A stretch of DNA of 63,984 nucleotides, the filler included, from Lenisia limosa (Eukaryota > Protista > Breviatea): NCBI GenBank assembly GCA_001655205.1. It is 16 parts of 16 records of this genome, joined end to end, with 100 filler letters (N's around TTAATTAATTAA, not from the genome) between each part and the next. Parts side by side here need not be neighbours in the genome. Positions count along the whole stretch, not along the records: positions 1 to 2,561 come from LPNZ01008258.1; positions 2,662 to 7,804 come from LPNZ01001300.1; positions 7,905 to 9,415 come from LPNZ01002951.1; positions 9,516 to 14,422 come from LPNZ01011135.1; 12 more parts are not named here. One strand, given 5' to 3'. The position numbers and the translations under genes were made by a program. Under the pieces are notes generated by a model. It made no database searches. It had not been told where the DNA came from and saw nothing but the letters and a program-made list of their open reading frames with translations. Shown piece after piece: positions 1 to 10,879 of the stretch. Position 1 is the stretch's first letter, and each line of letters opens with the position of its first letter.

Positions 1-26
1 CCCCCCCCCCCCCTCACCCGACATAG

Positions 27-155
27 GTGCAAAACGCGACTGTAAAGCTGAGAGAATGGGACAATTCTTCGAGGAAAAAGCGGGAGGCCATAATGGAGTC
101 TTTCATTGCCGAAGCCACGGACATGACCGCTATACAGCTGGATAAGTGGGTCTAA
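27..155 (+). CDS. Coding exon(s) of an unidentified protein (VQNATVKLREWDNSSRKKREAIMESFIAEATDMTAIQLDK)
   Basis: Open frame after a C-rich ...ATAG acceptor, ending near a GT donor; no family recognised. Confidence 0.45.
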   Translation: MQNATVKLREWDNSSRKKREAIMESFIAEATDMTAIQLDKWV

Positions 156-702
156 TAATGGATTTGTCACCTATAATGGGAGGTGTACGTACAGCTGAAC
201 AGGTAAGTGCGGTGTGGGGTTTTAAAACATAATATACATATCTAGATATGTATGTAGGGGAGAGGGGAAGATAATTATTAAGAATGTAACACTATCTGGG
301 GCTTTAGCTGTTTTTTTTACTTGTTTTTTTGGGATTTCTTTTTTGGGATGATGTGTTCTATAATACAGTGATATGCAATGTTTTTTTATGATTTATGATT
401 TAATTTTTTATTAGATTGTGGGGGTCCGGAGCCTCCCTGTTCCTTGCTCGGATAAACACCNNNNNNNNNNNNNNNNNNNNNNNNNNNNNNNNNNNNNNNN
501 NNNNNNNNNNNNNNNNNNNNNNNNNNNNNNNNNNNNNNNNNNNNNNNNNNNNNNAGCGTTGATTTCAGTTTGTTTTTTCTTATTATTTCACGCATTCATC
601 ACTGTTTTCTTCAAACAATATTTGTTCGTTGTGTATTTCAAATGTCTATCAGATCTTTGATTTTTTTTATTATATTTTATAAGTTGACCATTTATAAGCG
701 AC

Positions 703-2030
703 TAGCCCTTGGTCTTGGTGACAGAATTCGTTTTGGCTTTTGTTGTTCTGGCTCTTTTTCCACCCCCTTCCCCTTTTGTTCCCGGGAGCCCATAGCCACC
801 TGAGCCGAGAACGTGAACTTGGCCTTCTTTTTCTAATGGGATTAAAAAAAGGAGGTAATAGAATTCAGCAGGGCTCTGAGTGGTAAAGGTACTAAAAGCA
901 AAGAAGATGGGCCTTTCTTGCCCTCTCTTTGGAAAATATCAAAATGCCTGAACCATGAAACCAATTGTGTTTCTACAAACTCTTCATTGTAAAAGAATGC
1001 AGCGGTGAACGTTGCCCCTTCATCTGGCTGAATTGTGAGAACATCACCCTGAAAATAGAGTGATTGAAGTTCTCAAAAATAAGGGGAAACTCTCAACGAA
1101 TAACAAACGAGGTGAGTTGTGCCAAGAGTTTCAAAGACATCTGTATCATAGTCCTTGTCTTCTCCACTTACAAAAGCAATAGAGACTTTTGAATATGATT
1201 CTTCCGGCTATACCGTACATAAGTGAGGGCAACGTGACTCTTACAATTGATTCTTTGTTGGCGTCAATTAAGTCATCCATGAAAGAAATTCCTCAATGAA
1301 GGCATTATTACCCTAATGGACTTAGCAAATACTGTTCCTTAATCTCATGAGCCTATCAGGGCTAGATAATGGGTCCTGAGCGGATTGAATATTGGATTCT
1401 ACAGTTGACAATACACTACCTCCCTGCACCCCACCAAACCTGCCTAATAAAGCCAACAATGAAGCTGTTCGGGACCTGTTCAACCTCAACGAAGCCCTGT
1501 GCGCTTTTGTTCTATCATGAAAGTAAAATGAAATCTTAGAACCAATACTACTGACCACGAACCTCAGGTGTCAGTGGTAATCTGCCTCTAAATTATAAAG
1601 AGTTTGATAAAAGAGAAGTAAGAAAGTGTGTAATAACCCACCTCATTTGGGAATGCCTTTGATAATCTAAAGAGAAAATGGGGAATCACATGCTTTGGGT
1701 TGCAAGTAGGGAGGAAGCACAATTGATCCTAGCGGAGCCTGGACCATCCAAAAAATCACCAAATGGTAAAGAAAGAGTAAAGAGTAAAGAGTAAGCTTCT
1801 TGAAGCATTTTAATTTCACCACTAACGTTGTGATACAGCGACAGAGAGCAAACAATAATAAAACGGTCAGAAGTCAGAACCCTTGCAAAAGAAACAGTTA
1901 TTGCAATTACAGCTGAAATAAAGAAGGGAAGGACAGGGGAAAGCACTCTTATAAGAGATAGGGAGAGTGGTCGCCATCACGCACCACCCACGCCAAAAGA
2001 TCCGAACCGGGTGCCTGTAAAATTCAAACT
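703..2030 (-). CDS. Multi-exon gene of unknown function, 3' part (GFVEVEQVPNSFIVGFIRQ, GDVLTIQPDEGATFTAAFFY, AKFTFSAQVAMAPG...RASRL*)
   Basis: Several protein-like exons bounded by GT/AG on the minus strand; not recognised. Confidence 0.45.
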
Positions 2031-2605
2031 TGCATCCACTTTTTCTATTGAAATTAACAGTTTCGCATTATTGCGTTGTCTACAAATAATCAGCTACATG
2101 ACAAGCTTCCTTTCATAATAACCTTCAATTGGTCTAGCTTTACAAGAGTGTGTAGCGATAACCGCAAATGAGCATTCCAAATGTCGGAAACAAACCACTG
2201 AAGTCCAATCCAGCGTTTGTTTTGTTTTTATCAACCCTCGTGTGTTGTCAGTCAACGGAGTTGATTTTGGGCTTTTTTGTTACATAAATTTTCCAATTTT
2301 ACACCGCCCCCCCCCGCCCCCAGATTTCTACTCCCCAATGTTGATATTACACTGCCGATCAAGGTGATCTCCATCTTCCTCTCCGCGACCGGGTAGGTCC
2401 TAAATTGAAATATGGAATATTTATAATATGATAAAGTAAATATTGACTTTATTGATTCAATATTCTTCTAAAGGGTGGGAAGCAATATTAAGGTAAAATG
2501 TTTTCCACAAAACTATCTAACTATGGGGGGGGGGCAATACCTCTTCTATCTAACTATGGGGNNNNNNNNNNNNNNNNNNNNNNNNNNNNNNNNNNNNNNN
2601 NNNNN

Positions 2606-2617
2606 TTAATTAATTAA
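2606..2617. other. Artificial scaffold linker N-TTAATTAATTAA-N (also ~7849, 9460, 14467, 18638, 24737, 26490, 37235, 43309, 45292, 47682, 55899, 57286, 59615, 62824)
   Basis: Identical 12-mer with stops in all six frames, always embedded in N runs; adjacent segments are unrelated. Confidence 0.97.
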
Positions 2618-2683
2618 NNNNNNNNNNNNNNNNNNNNNNNNNNNNNNNNNNNNNNNNNNNNCCCCCCCCCCCTCACGACATAG

Positions 2684-5600
2684 GCATCAACGAGGGGCTT
2701 GATCTTGGACACGTCAAAGGTGTCAGAGTGGACCATACCATAAGCGAAGGACTTTCCAACAACCTTGGGGGGAGTAAAATTGGAAAATGTATGAATCACA
2801 CAATGCCCAAAATCAACTCTGTTGGCTGACAAAACACAAGGGTTGACAACAAACAAACAAAGCCCAGCCACGAGGGGTGGGTGGGTGAGAATTACGATGA
2901 TAGTAACAAAAAACAAGGCTGTATCTGGAAGATCCAATTTTGATAAGAAAAGAAATTTTTTGAAATTAGAGTAATAGACCCCCGAGGAATCCATTTTCTG
3001 GTTCTCATACCACAACGAGCTCGATGCCCCCTCACCACAACAGCCTTCTTTGCGGCATGGAGACGTTTGGCCGAGGCACCCATGGGGGAAATGTAGTAGG
3101 TCGGCGACTCAGCATCAGTCTTGAGCACAACCTGAGGGTAATGCGAAGTGACTAGGGTGCCGTGCAATTAATATAAATCTGTATTTTTCGCTGGGCACAA
3201 CCTTAAAATTGATCCTGGATGCCCTGTTTTTTTTGTTTTTTGAAGATAGTACTGTCGTCAAACAACCCAAAGTTGGTATTTTCAATCTACTGTCGTCATT
3301 TTTATTTAAAACTGTTAAAAATCCCGATTGGTTGGTTGCAGAAAGAGAGTGCAGTTTAATTGGCCATTAGTTGGTAATTAATTGCAGTTAATTGCTGCAA
3401 TTATTTTTTACAAAATAATAATAATTGCAAAAAATTGCACGGCACACTAGAAGTTACTAACGAAAAAAAAAGAAAAGAAAAAAAAGCTCAAAACACACAA
3501 AATAAAATCCCCCCCCCGCGCGCACCTTGTCAGCAGACTCGGCAACAGCAAGACGGATCTCGAGCTCGGGGATGGTGGAGGCAAGCTTCTTGGACTTCTT
3601 GTAGCCGTCGAAGAACCGGGCTCCAGTCTGGAGGGGGGGTCAATGGTACTGTATAGGAAACAAGCAAAAAAATAAGGGCAAGAAAAGACGGCACCGTTAG
3701 CTCAATGTTTGCTAAAAAAACAAGAGCCTTGGCAAACAGAGGGGTATGAAGCTAACAACATGGATATAATAATTAACGACAGGACAGGATTTCGCACCTG
3801 GACCACTTCAGATCCCTGTACACCCCAAGATTGGCAGAGGTCGTAGATGTAGGAAGCTTCCTGGAGAGGGTTAATTGAGTAGCATTATACCATTGTATGG
3901 CTTGCAGCAGTTACAGTTTAATGTAATTACTATCATCAAAGTTAATTATCTCAAACAAAAACCAGTCCTCAGCTTCCTTCAGTAAAGGTACTTGTCTTCC
4001 ACAACACCCCCACCAGGCTGTTGGCCTCGAGGGCCTTGGGGCCGGCAACAAAGTACATTCTGACTACGCCATCACTGATTCGGTTCGACTTCAGCAGGCG
4101 GATCTGGACGGGGGGTGACACTCAGCAGTCTCGTAATATTGTGATTTTGGATAGAAAAGAGAGGTGGGGTGACAAGGGGAAGTTGATAATCCAAAAAAAT
4201 ACGGCTTAAGAATAATAATAATAAAAAAAAACACTACCAGGACCGCCCACAATGCCGATCTCGCCGATGGAATCGCAATGGGTGCCGCAGCAAGCTTCGG
4301 TGTCGATACCTTCAATGTCGACAATACGCACCGTGTTGCCGGGAACAAAGCCACCCTGGGGGGTCAATACGGTTCACCAGAGGCGTGAATAAAGGTCAAA
4401 TAGCACCAAACAATGATGAATGGCAAGGATGAAGGAACACCCCCAACCTGGTAGAGAGAGAAGCCCCATTTCTTTTCAGCCTCGTCCTTCTTCCACTCCT
4501 TCTTTATGACGGGAGCCATGCCTGAAACGGGTCATCAAGGGCTTTTCTTGCTGCTTATGAGACCCCATTTCATGCTATAATTATAACATAAATATACACT
4601 ACATCATTTTCTGTATAATCTGTAAATAATTGTATGACTTGATATCCAATAAACCCGGAGGCCCAAATAAAAGAGTAACAATACACAAGGCCAAGCCGAC
4701 TCTGGATCATGAGGTTGGCCTCCTTCTCGATCTTGACCTCCTCTTCATGGGTCAGCGACACGTAGTGCGTGATGTCCAAATGGCACTGTGGAGTTAGGGG
4801 GGGGGGGGGGGNNNNNNNNNNNNNNNNNNNNNNNNNNNNNNNNNNNNNNNNNNNNNNNNNNNNNNNNNNNNNNNNNNNNNNNNGGCTAACACAGGGTTGA
4901 TAACAACAAAACAAACGAAGCCCAGGCCAGTCGTTTCTGCAGCACCGCATCCCATCGTGAAAGTAGAAAGCAATGTGTGCTAAGATGTGCAAGACAATAG
5001 CATCATTATCTGAAAAATGAACACTACCCCCACCCCGACCTGGTCGAAGGTCTTCTTGGCGCCGTTCTGCCAGATATGGGGCCCAAGAATCTGTGGAGTA
5101 AAATGGAGTAAACCTGAAGAAACAGTATGAGAAGATAAACATCATAAGGTAGCAATAAACCACTCGGGGAGCACAATAAATGTCCAAACTAGCCACAATA
5201 AAGGTCCCCAGCCACCTTGCGCGCGGCGGCGCACATGACGTGAGTAGCGGTGTGGTGGACACGGAGCTGATCTCGACGGACCTGGTCAACGGTACCCTAC
5301 GAGGGGAAGAGGTTATTATGATGCATGAGGTGGGGGGTTTAGAAAAAGTTCTCATCGAAAATACTACTACTTATTACAACAAGAAAAACTACTTTATAAA
5401 ACCGTCCACACCATCACGCTTCTTAAGATATTGGATTACAGTATAATATAATTCACCCAATCATTTGCCGTACAGCTCTGTGCACACAGCTTTCTGCGTG
5501 TCTCTCCAGAATTATGACATTATTAAAAACGCAAACCCACCTTAACGGTGACGTTTTCCAGCTTGAGGTCCTCAGGGAGAGCGGGGGTGATGTGGTGCAG

Positions 5601-7740
5601 AACGCAAGGGCCGGCCTGAGGGGTGGTATAAACAAGGCCCGGTGTCAATGCAGAAAATACGGATGGCATATTTGCAGACACTGTCAAAGGTCAACTCTGA
5701 GCCCCCCCATACCTTGAAGACGTTGTCAACAGTGTAGGTCACACCGTCGATCTCCAGGGTGCCGACGTCATGCTCCTGTCCGCCGCCGGTGGGGTAGAGG
5801 AGAGTCTGGGACGTGAATGGATTACACCTTTTCGGACTTAGTGCAAAATATGAAAGTGACTGAAAAGGGTTCTCGTTACAATATGCGCCAATTCAAATTT
5901 ACAAATTAATTCAAGGAGTACCAATTTTTTGGTATCGAACTGAACTCGTACAGCATTCATGCAGACGCCTCCTACCTCATTGAGAATGACAAGGTCTCTT
6001 TGTCCCTCAGTGGGGCCTTCAGCAGTCTTCAGAGTCTCAACAACTACACCGCGTTAGGGGGGGGGGGGTAGAAAAAATTATGAGAAAAAAGAAAAGAAAA
6101 AGGATCAGAGTGCCCCTGTTCTTCTTGCAAGCCCACTTTTAGCCTCGAAGTTGTACTCGTAGGCACGGTCGTAGAAAGCCTCAATGGTGGCGGGAAGGTG
6201 CGTGGTGTCTGATGGGGAAAAGTTAGTACAAAGAGGGAAGTAGGGGCTAACGCTCAGAGTAATGGAAACCCTTAACACATGACATGATACCCCCCTCCCC
6301 CTTGTACCATAGAGAACCTTGGGTGCGACCTTTGCAGTGCGTTCAGCCATCTCGTCCATAACAGAGAACAGATTGCCCGGAATCTCGAGTCCGGTAAGGC
6401 TGGAAATCTGCAATGTAGGGTAAGCTCATCCTGCTCCAGATAAAGTAGTCCACTACAACTAGGGCTTCACTTCGGTTCGAAAAAGATCGGTTAAATATCG
6501 ATAGGTTTCNNNNNNNNNNNNNNNNNNNNNNNNNNNNNNNNNNNNNNNNNNNNNNNNNNNNNNNNNNNNNNNNNNNNNNNNNNNNNNNNNNNNNNNNNNN
6601 NNNNNNNNNNNNNNNNNNNNNNNNNNNNNNNNNNNNNNNNNNNNNNNNNNNNNNNNNNCTTGATGCTCAGAGTGCCCTTGTTCTTCTTGACCTACTGCGT
6701 GAGATGTGTTTGGAAGTAAATCGAAATATTCGAGGTTGTTTGATGGAGGATTGTCGCCTTTGAATTCAGGACACTCAACATATTATTACAATATGAACAT
6801 CATATTTTCAGTGTTGTGATGAGTCATTCCCCTTCGACAAAATTGGTCAAGACTACTCGATATATCATGAATATACAGTGACCTGGATAAGTCTTGACCT
6901 ATTTTCCTTGTGAAATTACTGAGCAAATCGGTCAAGACTTATCCTTATCACTGAGTATATCCCACATCATCAACCGAACCTCCATCCATACTAGACTACA
7001 TATCATATGCATAGATAATGTTATATATAGCAATGAGAAATAAAATACAAGGTTGTACCTGGCCGCCGAAGCCGTCCACACCTTCACGCTTATAAGAGAT
7101 ATTGTGTAATATTAATCCCAATCATTTGCCTTACAACTCTCTGCACACAGCTTTCTGCGTGCCTCCCCATGTATATACATATAATATGTTATGTTTACCC
7201 CCCCCCCCACGAGTTTGTCGAGCTTAACCTTGCTCTCTTTGTCAGTAGTCAGCCATCTCTGGTATTCAATGCGGATAATGTCGTCGAAGGAGGGATAGTC
7301 CCCCATAGGGCCTGGGGGGTCAGATCAATATCCCGGTTTACGACTCGAAATGGGATGAAAGGCCAACCGTAAATGGTGGAAAGGATTTCTTTGTGGAGGC
7401 CGAAGAGCTTAAGAAGGCCTGAACATGTGAGTTGGGAACAGTGGTATGGGTTTCAGATGGGCAGAAAGTGTGCGGTGATTCGACATTATAAGGGATTAAA
7501 GTGTGCGGTGATTCGACATTATAAGGGATTCATCCTTTTCAATGCCAAAGGGAGTGTGACCAAAATGCACCTCCAACCTTCCATGCCAAGCTTCTCCCAC
7601 CATCCGCGTTTGTGGAGGATGGAAAATACACTGAACTGGTAAACAACATTCCAAAGTTACTTTCTTGACAAGACCGATCCACATGTTGTGAAAAGGCTAT
7701 GCCCAAGTTCAAATATGTGTACATCTGGGCTTCCAAAAAG
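2684..7740 (-). CDS. alaS: Alanyl-tRNA synthetase, archaeal type, C-terminal half (editing domain and C-Ala region), at least 15 exons
   Basis: Stitched exons: LEIPGNLF..., [168 protein letters not shown]. Contains HxxxH and CxGTH editing motifs in the archaeal AlaRS style. Confidence 0.9.
2763..2875 (-). repeat. Repeat family A copy forming an intron 3' end. Other copies ~2215-2333+, 4884-4958-, 9516-9585-, 13083-13225-, 13976-14095-, 14523-14640+, 16565-16700+, 43595-43702+, 44005-44110+, 45075-45140+, 45930-46000+, 46333-46358+, 55820-55854+, 60205-60250-, 62357-62495-
   Basis: Shared consensus ...GATGGGATGCGGTGCTGCAGAAGCGACTGGCCTGGGCTTTGTTTG...CAACCCTCGTGTGTTGTCAGCCAACAGAGTTGATTTTGGGCTTTTTTGTTTCATAAATTTTCCAATTTTACTCCCC. 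Confidence 0.92.
3153..3449. mobile_element. hAT-type MITE inside an alaS intron
   Basis: TIR TAGGGTGCCGTGCAATT / AATTGCACGGCACACTA; 8-bp TSD GAAGTGAC / GAAGTTAC (7/8 match). Confidence 0.85.
6878..6955. mobile_element. Tc1/mariner-like hairpin MITE, family D (also ~47556-47625, 50443-50507; fragments ~10590-10650, 26068)
   Basis: Inverted repeat CAGTGACCTGGATAAGTCTTGACC...GGTCAAGACTTATCCTTATCACTG with short spacer, in TA-rich flanks. Confidence 0.75.
7018..7167. repeat. Repeat family C, ~150 bp, no TIR. Other copies ~5400-5505, 10060-10170, 11300-11360, 11625-11730, 12835-12965, 15240-15380, 27075-27150, 47120-47190, 50345-50440, 58200-58260, 60790-60925, 61510-61550
   Basis: Consensus TATAGCAATGAGAAATAAAAAAACAAGGTTGTATCTGGCCGAAGCCGTCCACACCATCACGCTTATAAGAGATATTGGATTATAG...TTCACCCAATCATTTGCCTTACAACTCTGTGCACACAGCTTTCTGCGTGCC. 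Confidence 0.9.
7465..7530. repeat. Exact 33-bp tandem duplication in an alaS intron
   Basis: AAAGTGTGCGGTGATTCGACATTATAAGGGATT x2. Confidence 0.95.
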
Positions 7741-7904
7741 CAAAACCGAAATTTTGGAATATTCTGATAAGAGCACCATCTAACTTGCTTGACGTTTGTT
7801 TTTTNNNNNNNNNNNNNNNNNNNNNNNNNNNNNNNNNNNNNNNNNNNNTTAATTAATTAANNNNNNNNNNNNNNNNNNNNNNNNNNNNNNNNNNNNNNNN
7901 NNNN

Positions 7905-8595
7905 TCACGGAACCGTCTCAAGGTTTTCCGAGCTGAAACGCCTGAACTGGTGCTTGTCAATGGGCTCAATGTGTTTGTTGATCATGAGGGGCGTCTCCCC
8001 GAACCTGTTGAAGTTTTCGTGGTACCGAGTGGGTTGGAATAAGGCTTCACTTCGGTTCGAAAAAGACAATTTTTCGTTTAATTCTCGAAAACGATCAATA
8101 GTTTACCGGTTTTTCAGCTGAAATGAAGCCCTAGATGAGGTTTTTATGGTTGGGGCATGATAAATGGGTTTGGTGTTGTTTACGGGAAAGAGGTTACATG
8201 AATTTTCAAATTTTACTCCCGTAGGACCCGAGGCTTATGGATGCGATTCTGATGAAGATATTCTACAGCAGTTGTTTAGACTGGTGTGTCGTGCAGCAAC
8301 AAGGTAGGGGTGGAGACATACAGGGGGTTATGCTTCAATTCGAAAAAGACCAGTAAAAACTATAACTCTGTGCAATTAGACAATAATTGACATTATTGTC
8401 TAATTGCACAGAGTTATAGTTTTTACTGGTCTTTTTCGAAATTGAGGTTACAATACAAATGTCTCACTTCAAATTTCGCAATTATTTTTCCAATTAATTG
8501 CACGGAGCCCTAGTAAAAACTCCCCCTTATTACGGTATAGTGGCAGCGGGTGCTTCATGATCCTTCAAGCCGACCGCCTCTCTGTTAACAACCAG
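7905..8595 (+). CDS. Exons of an unidentified protein (RLKVFRAETPELVLVNGLNVFVDHEG..., PEAYGCDSDEDILQQLFRLVCRAAT, GSGCFMILQADRLSVNNQ)
   Basis: Open frames flanked by AG acceptors and GTGGG/GTAGG donors. Confidence 0.45.
8040..8133. mobile_element. hAT-type MITE family B, ~70-100 bp. Other copies ~6461, 8760-8808, 9870-10020, 11820, 12293-12380, 13502, 16404-16501, 24210-24298, 42405-42503, 43450-43530, 47010-47079, 50830, 56388-56440, 59788-59886, 60497-60590, 61558-61650, 62095-62200
   Basis: TIR TAGGGCTTCACTTCGGTTC(G)AAAAA; conserved core TCGATAAATCCTCGAAAACTATCGATATTTT. Confidence 0.92.
8339..8440. repeat. Perfect 49-bp-stem hairpin with 4-nt loop in an intron
   Basis: Arms 8339-8387 and 8392-8440 are exact reverse complements. 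Confidence 0.95.
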
Positions 8596-8998
8596 GTGGG
8601 CGGGAAACAGGAATTAAACTCCACAAAACACTACCCCCCACGTAGTATTATATCATATGATGTGAGATGTAATAGATGTAATATTATATGAATGATAGAT
8701 GTCATATTCTATTATTTTGGGCTTACCTTGGTTCGAATTAGACTGAATGTATCGATAAAAATTCAAAACTATGTTTTATTGATCTTTTTTGAACCGAAGT
8801 GAAACCTTAATTACCTTCTTTATACAATCCCTGTCATTCCTACTTAAGCATCACATCACCCCCCCCCCTCATTTATTAAGACTATTATTACCTTTTTAAT
8901 TCAATGCACGCACTCCCTAACCATACAGCGCTATATGGTGGAAGCAATCGACAAGATTTACACCCCACAAAGCTCCAAAAACTCAGCCGCTCTATATG

Positions 8999-9290
8999 TT
9001 ATCGGAACTCAGAGCCAAAACAGCCACGGCTGCTGGGAAACGTGGGGAGGGGACGGGAGTTAATGAGGGTTTGACGCCGTGGGAAAATATAGGGACAGGG
9101 GTTTGAGAACACTGGAGAGTAGGACTTTCCTGCAAGTTTCAGCATTGGTTGCTCGTCTTTGTATTGCTTTACTTCGCCAGGCATCTTGTCGACCCTGTAG
9201 ACCTCCCTGATGTGGACGTCAGCACCTTTAACGCCAATTTCAAGTCCGCCCTCGGCCACGTATCTGTCATAGCGGCAACTTCTGAGACGC
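8999..9290 (-). CDS. Exon of an unidentified protein (RLRSCRYDRYVAEGGLEIGVKGADVHIREVYRVDKMPGEVKQYKDEQPMLKLAG)
   Basis: Strong C-rich acceptor CTCCCACCCTGTCCAG followed by an open frame; family not recognised. Confidence 0.5.
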
Positions 9291-10879
9291 CTGGACAGGG
9301 TGGGAGTAGGAAAAAAAGAAAAAACAGAACAAAAAAAGAAAAAGAGAGAGTATAAAAGATGGTCTTATTTTGACGATAGGAAATGTTTCAGGTAGTCAGA
9401 CCATTCACCCCCAGTNNNNNNNNNNNNNNNNNNNNNNNNNNNNNNNNNNNNNNNNNNNNTTAATTAATTAANNNNNNNNNNNNNNNNNNNNNNNNNNNNN
9501 NNNNNNNNNNNNNNNAAAAAGCCAAAATCAGATCTGTTGGCTGATACAACACAAGAGGGTTGAGAATAACAAAACAAAGCTTAGGAGGCTGTAGTGGTAG
9601 CTGACAGATGGCATCCGCAACGCCAACAAGAGATACATAATACATATTAGCCATTATTGTAAATACAACAACATAAGAGGAGCACAAGAGATATCGTAAA
9701 AATATCAACATAGAAGAGGAGTAACCCACAAACCTCCGGTGTGGAAAGCCTTGAGGAAAGAGGTGCAGCGGGAATGTCTACAATTGTGATATTGAATGTC
9801 TACAATCGGGTTAGAATTGTCATTGAATGTCTACAATCGGGTTAGAATTGCATCATTAAATGGTTCAAGATTTCTCGGTATCAAAATATAATATATATAT
9901 ATCATAAACACTCCGATTCGATAAAAACAAGGTAAAATATCGATATTTATCGACATTTATCGAAAATTTATCGAAAATTTTATCCAAAATTCATTCGTTT
10001 TTGAGATAGTCGGAAGCCCTAACTATACGGTGTAGGAATGTCTACAATTGCTCTGTATATTGCAATGAGAAATAAAAAAAACAAGATTGTATGACGGAAG
10101 CCATCCACACTATCAAGCTTATAAGAGATATTGGATTATAGTAAAATATGAATTCACTCAATCATTAAATTGTGTTAGATCCACAAATGCCACTCACAAC
10201 CCCCGCATACCAAATTGAGAAGTGGAGTGGGGCGAAGACAGTCGACTTGGTTGCCTATTTCCGTAAGTTTAAAGAAAAGGCCGCTTTTGAACCTTTAGTT
10301 GTATTGTGTTAAAAGAAGTTGATTTATCATTTGCCGCAAAACCTGGAAGAAGACGTTGTCCTGATTAGTTGCGACGATGATGCTCGCGTGCCAAGAACTG
10401 CCGCAAAAATCCGGCCGTCTGGAGGAGTGAGATCAAAGAGAAAATTTATGAAACAAAAGCAAATAAAAATAATAGTCACAAATTTTTTTTCCAGTATTGT
10501 AAAGTCTGTAATAATATAAGTATTTGTATAATACAGGCCATTAGGTTTATTGACTACTTATTTGAAGAGCAGTATTATATTGATGACAGTGATTAGTCCC
10601 GACACGATTGATTAAATAAAGATCAATATCCGTGATAAGTCCTGACATGATTGACTAAAAATACAGCTTAATATCCGTGTTAGGAATTATCACGGTTGGT
10701 GAAAACAAAGAGCAAAAAATATATACGCCAACATAAATAATATGCCCAATAAGGAAAGCAATTTATCCAAACAAGAAAGAACTATGGCTAAAGAATAATT
10801 TTAGGCATACGTACAATTGCGTAATTACCCAAATATACCAATATATACCAAAATATGACAAAAGAGCTCAAGGTCTTCT

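Noticed and set aside
9090-9290. IREVYRVDKMPGE looked like the start of a PARP catalytic domain
   Set aside because: No HGS or YF motifs follow on this scaffold; left as an unidentified exon
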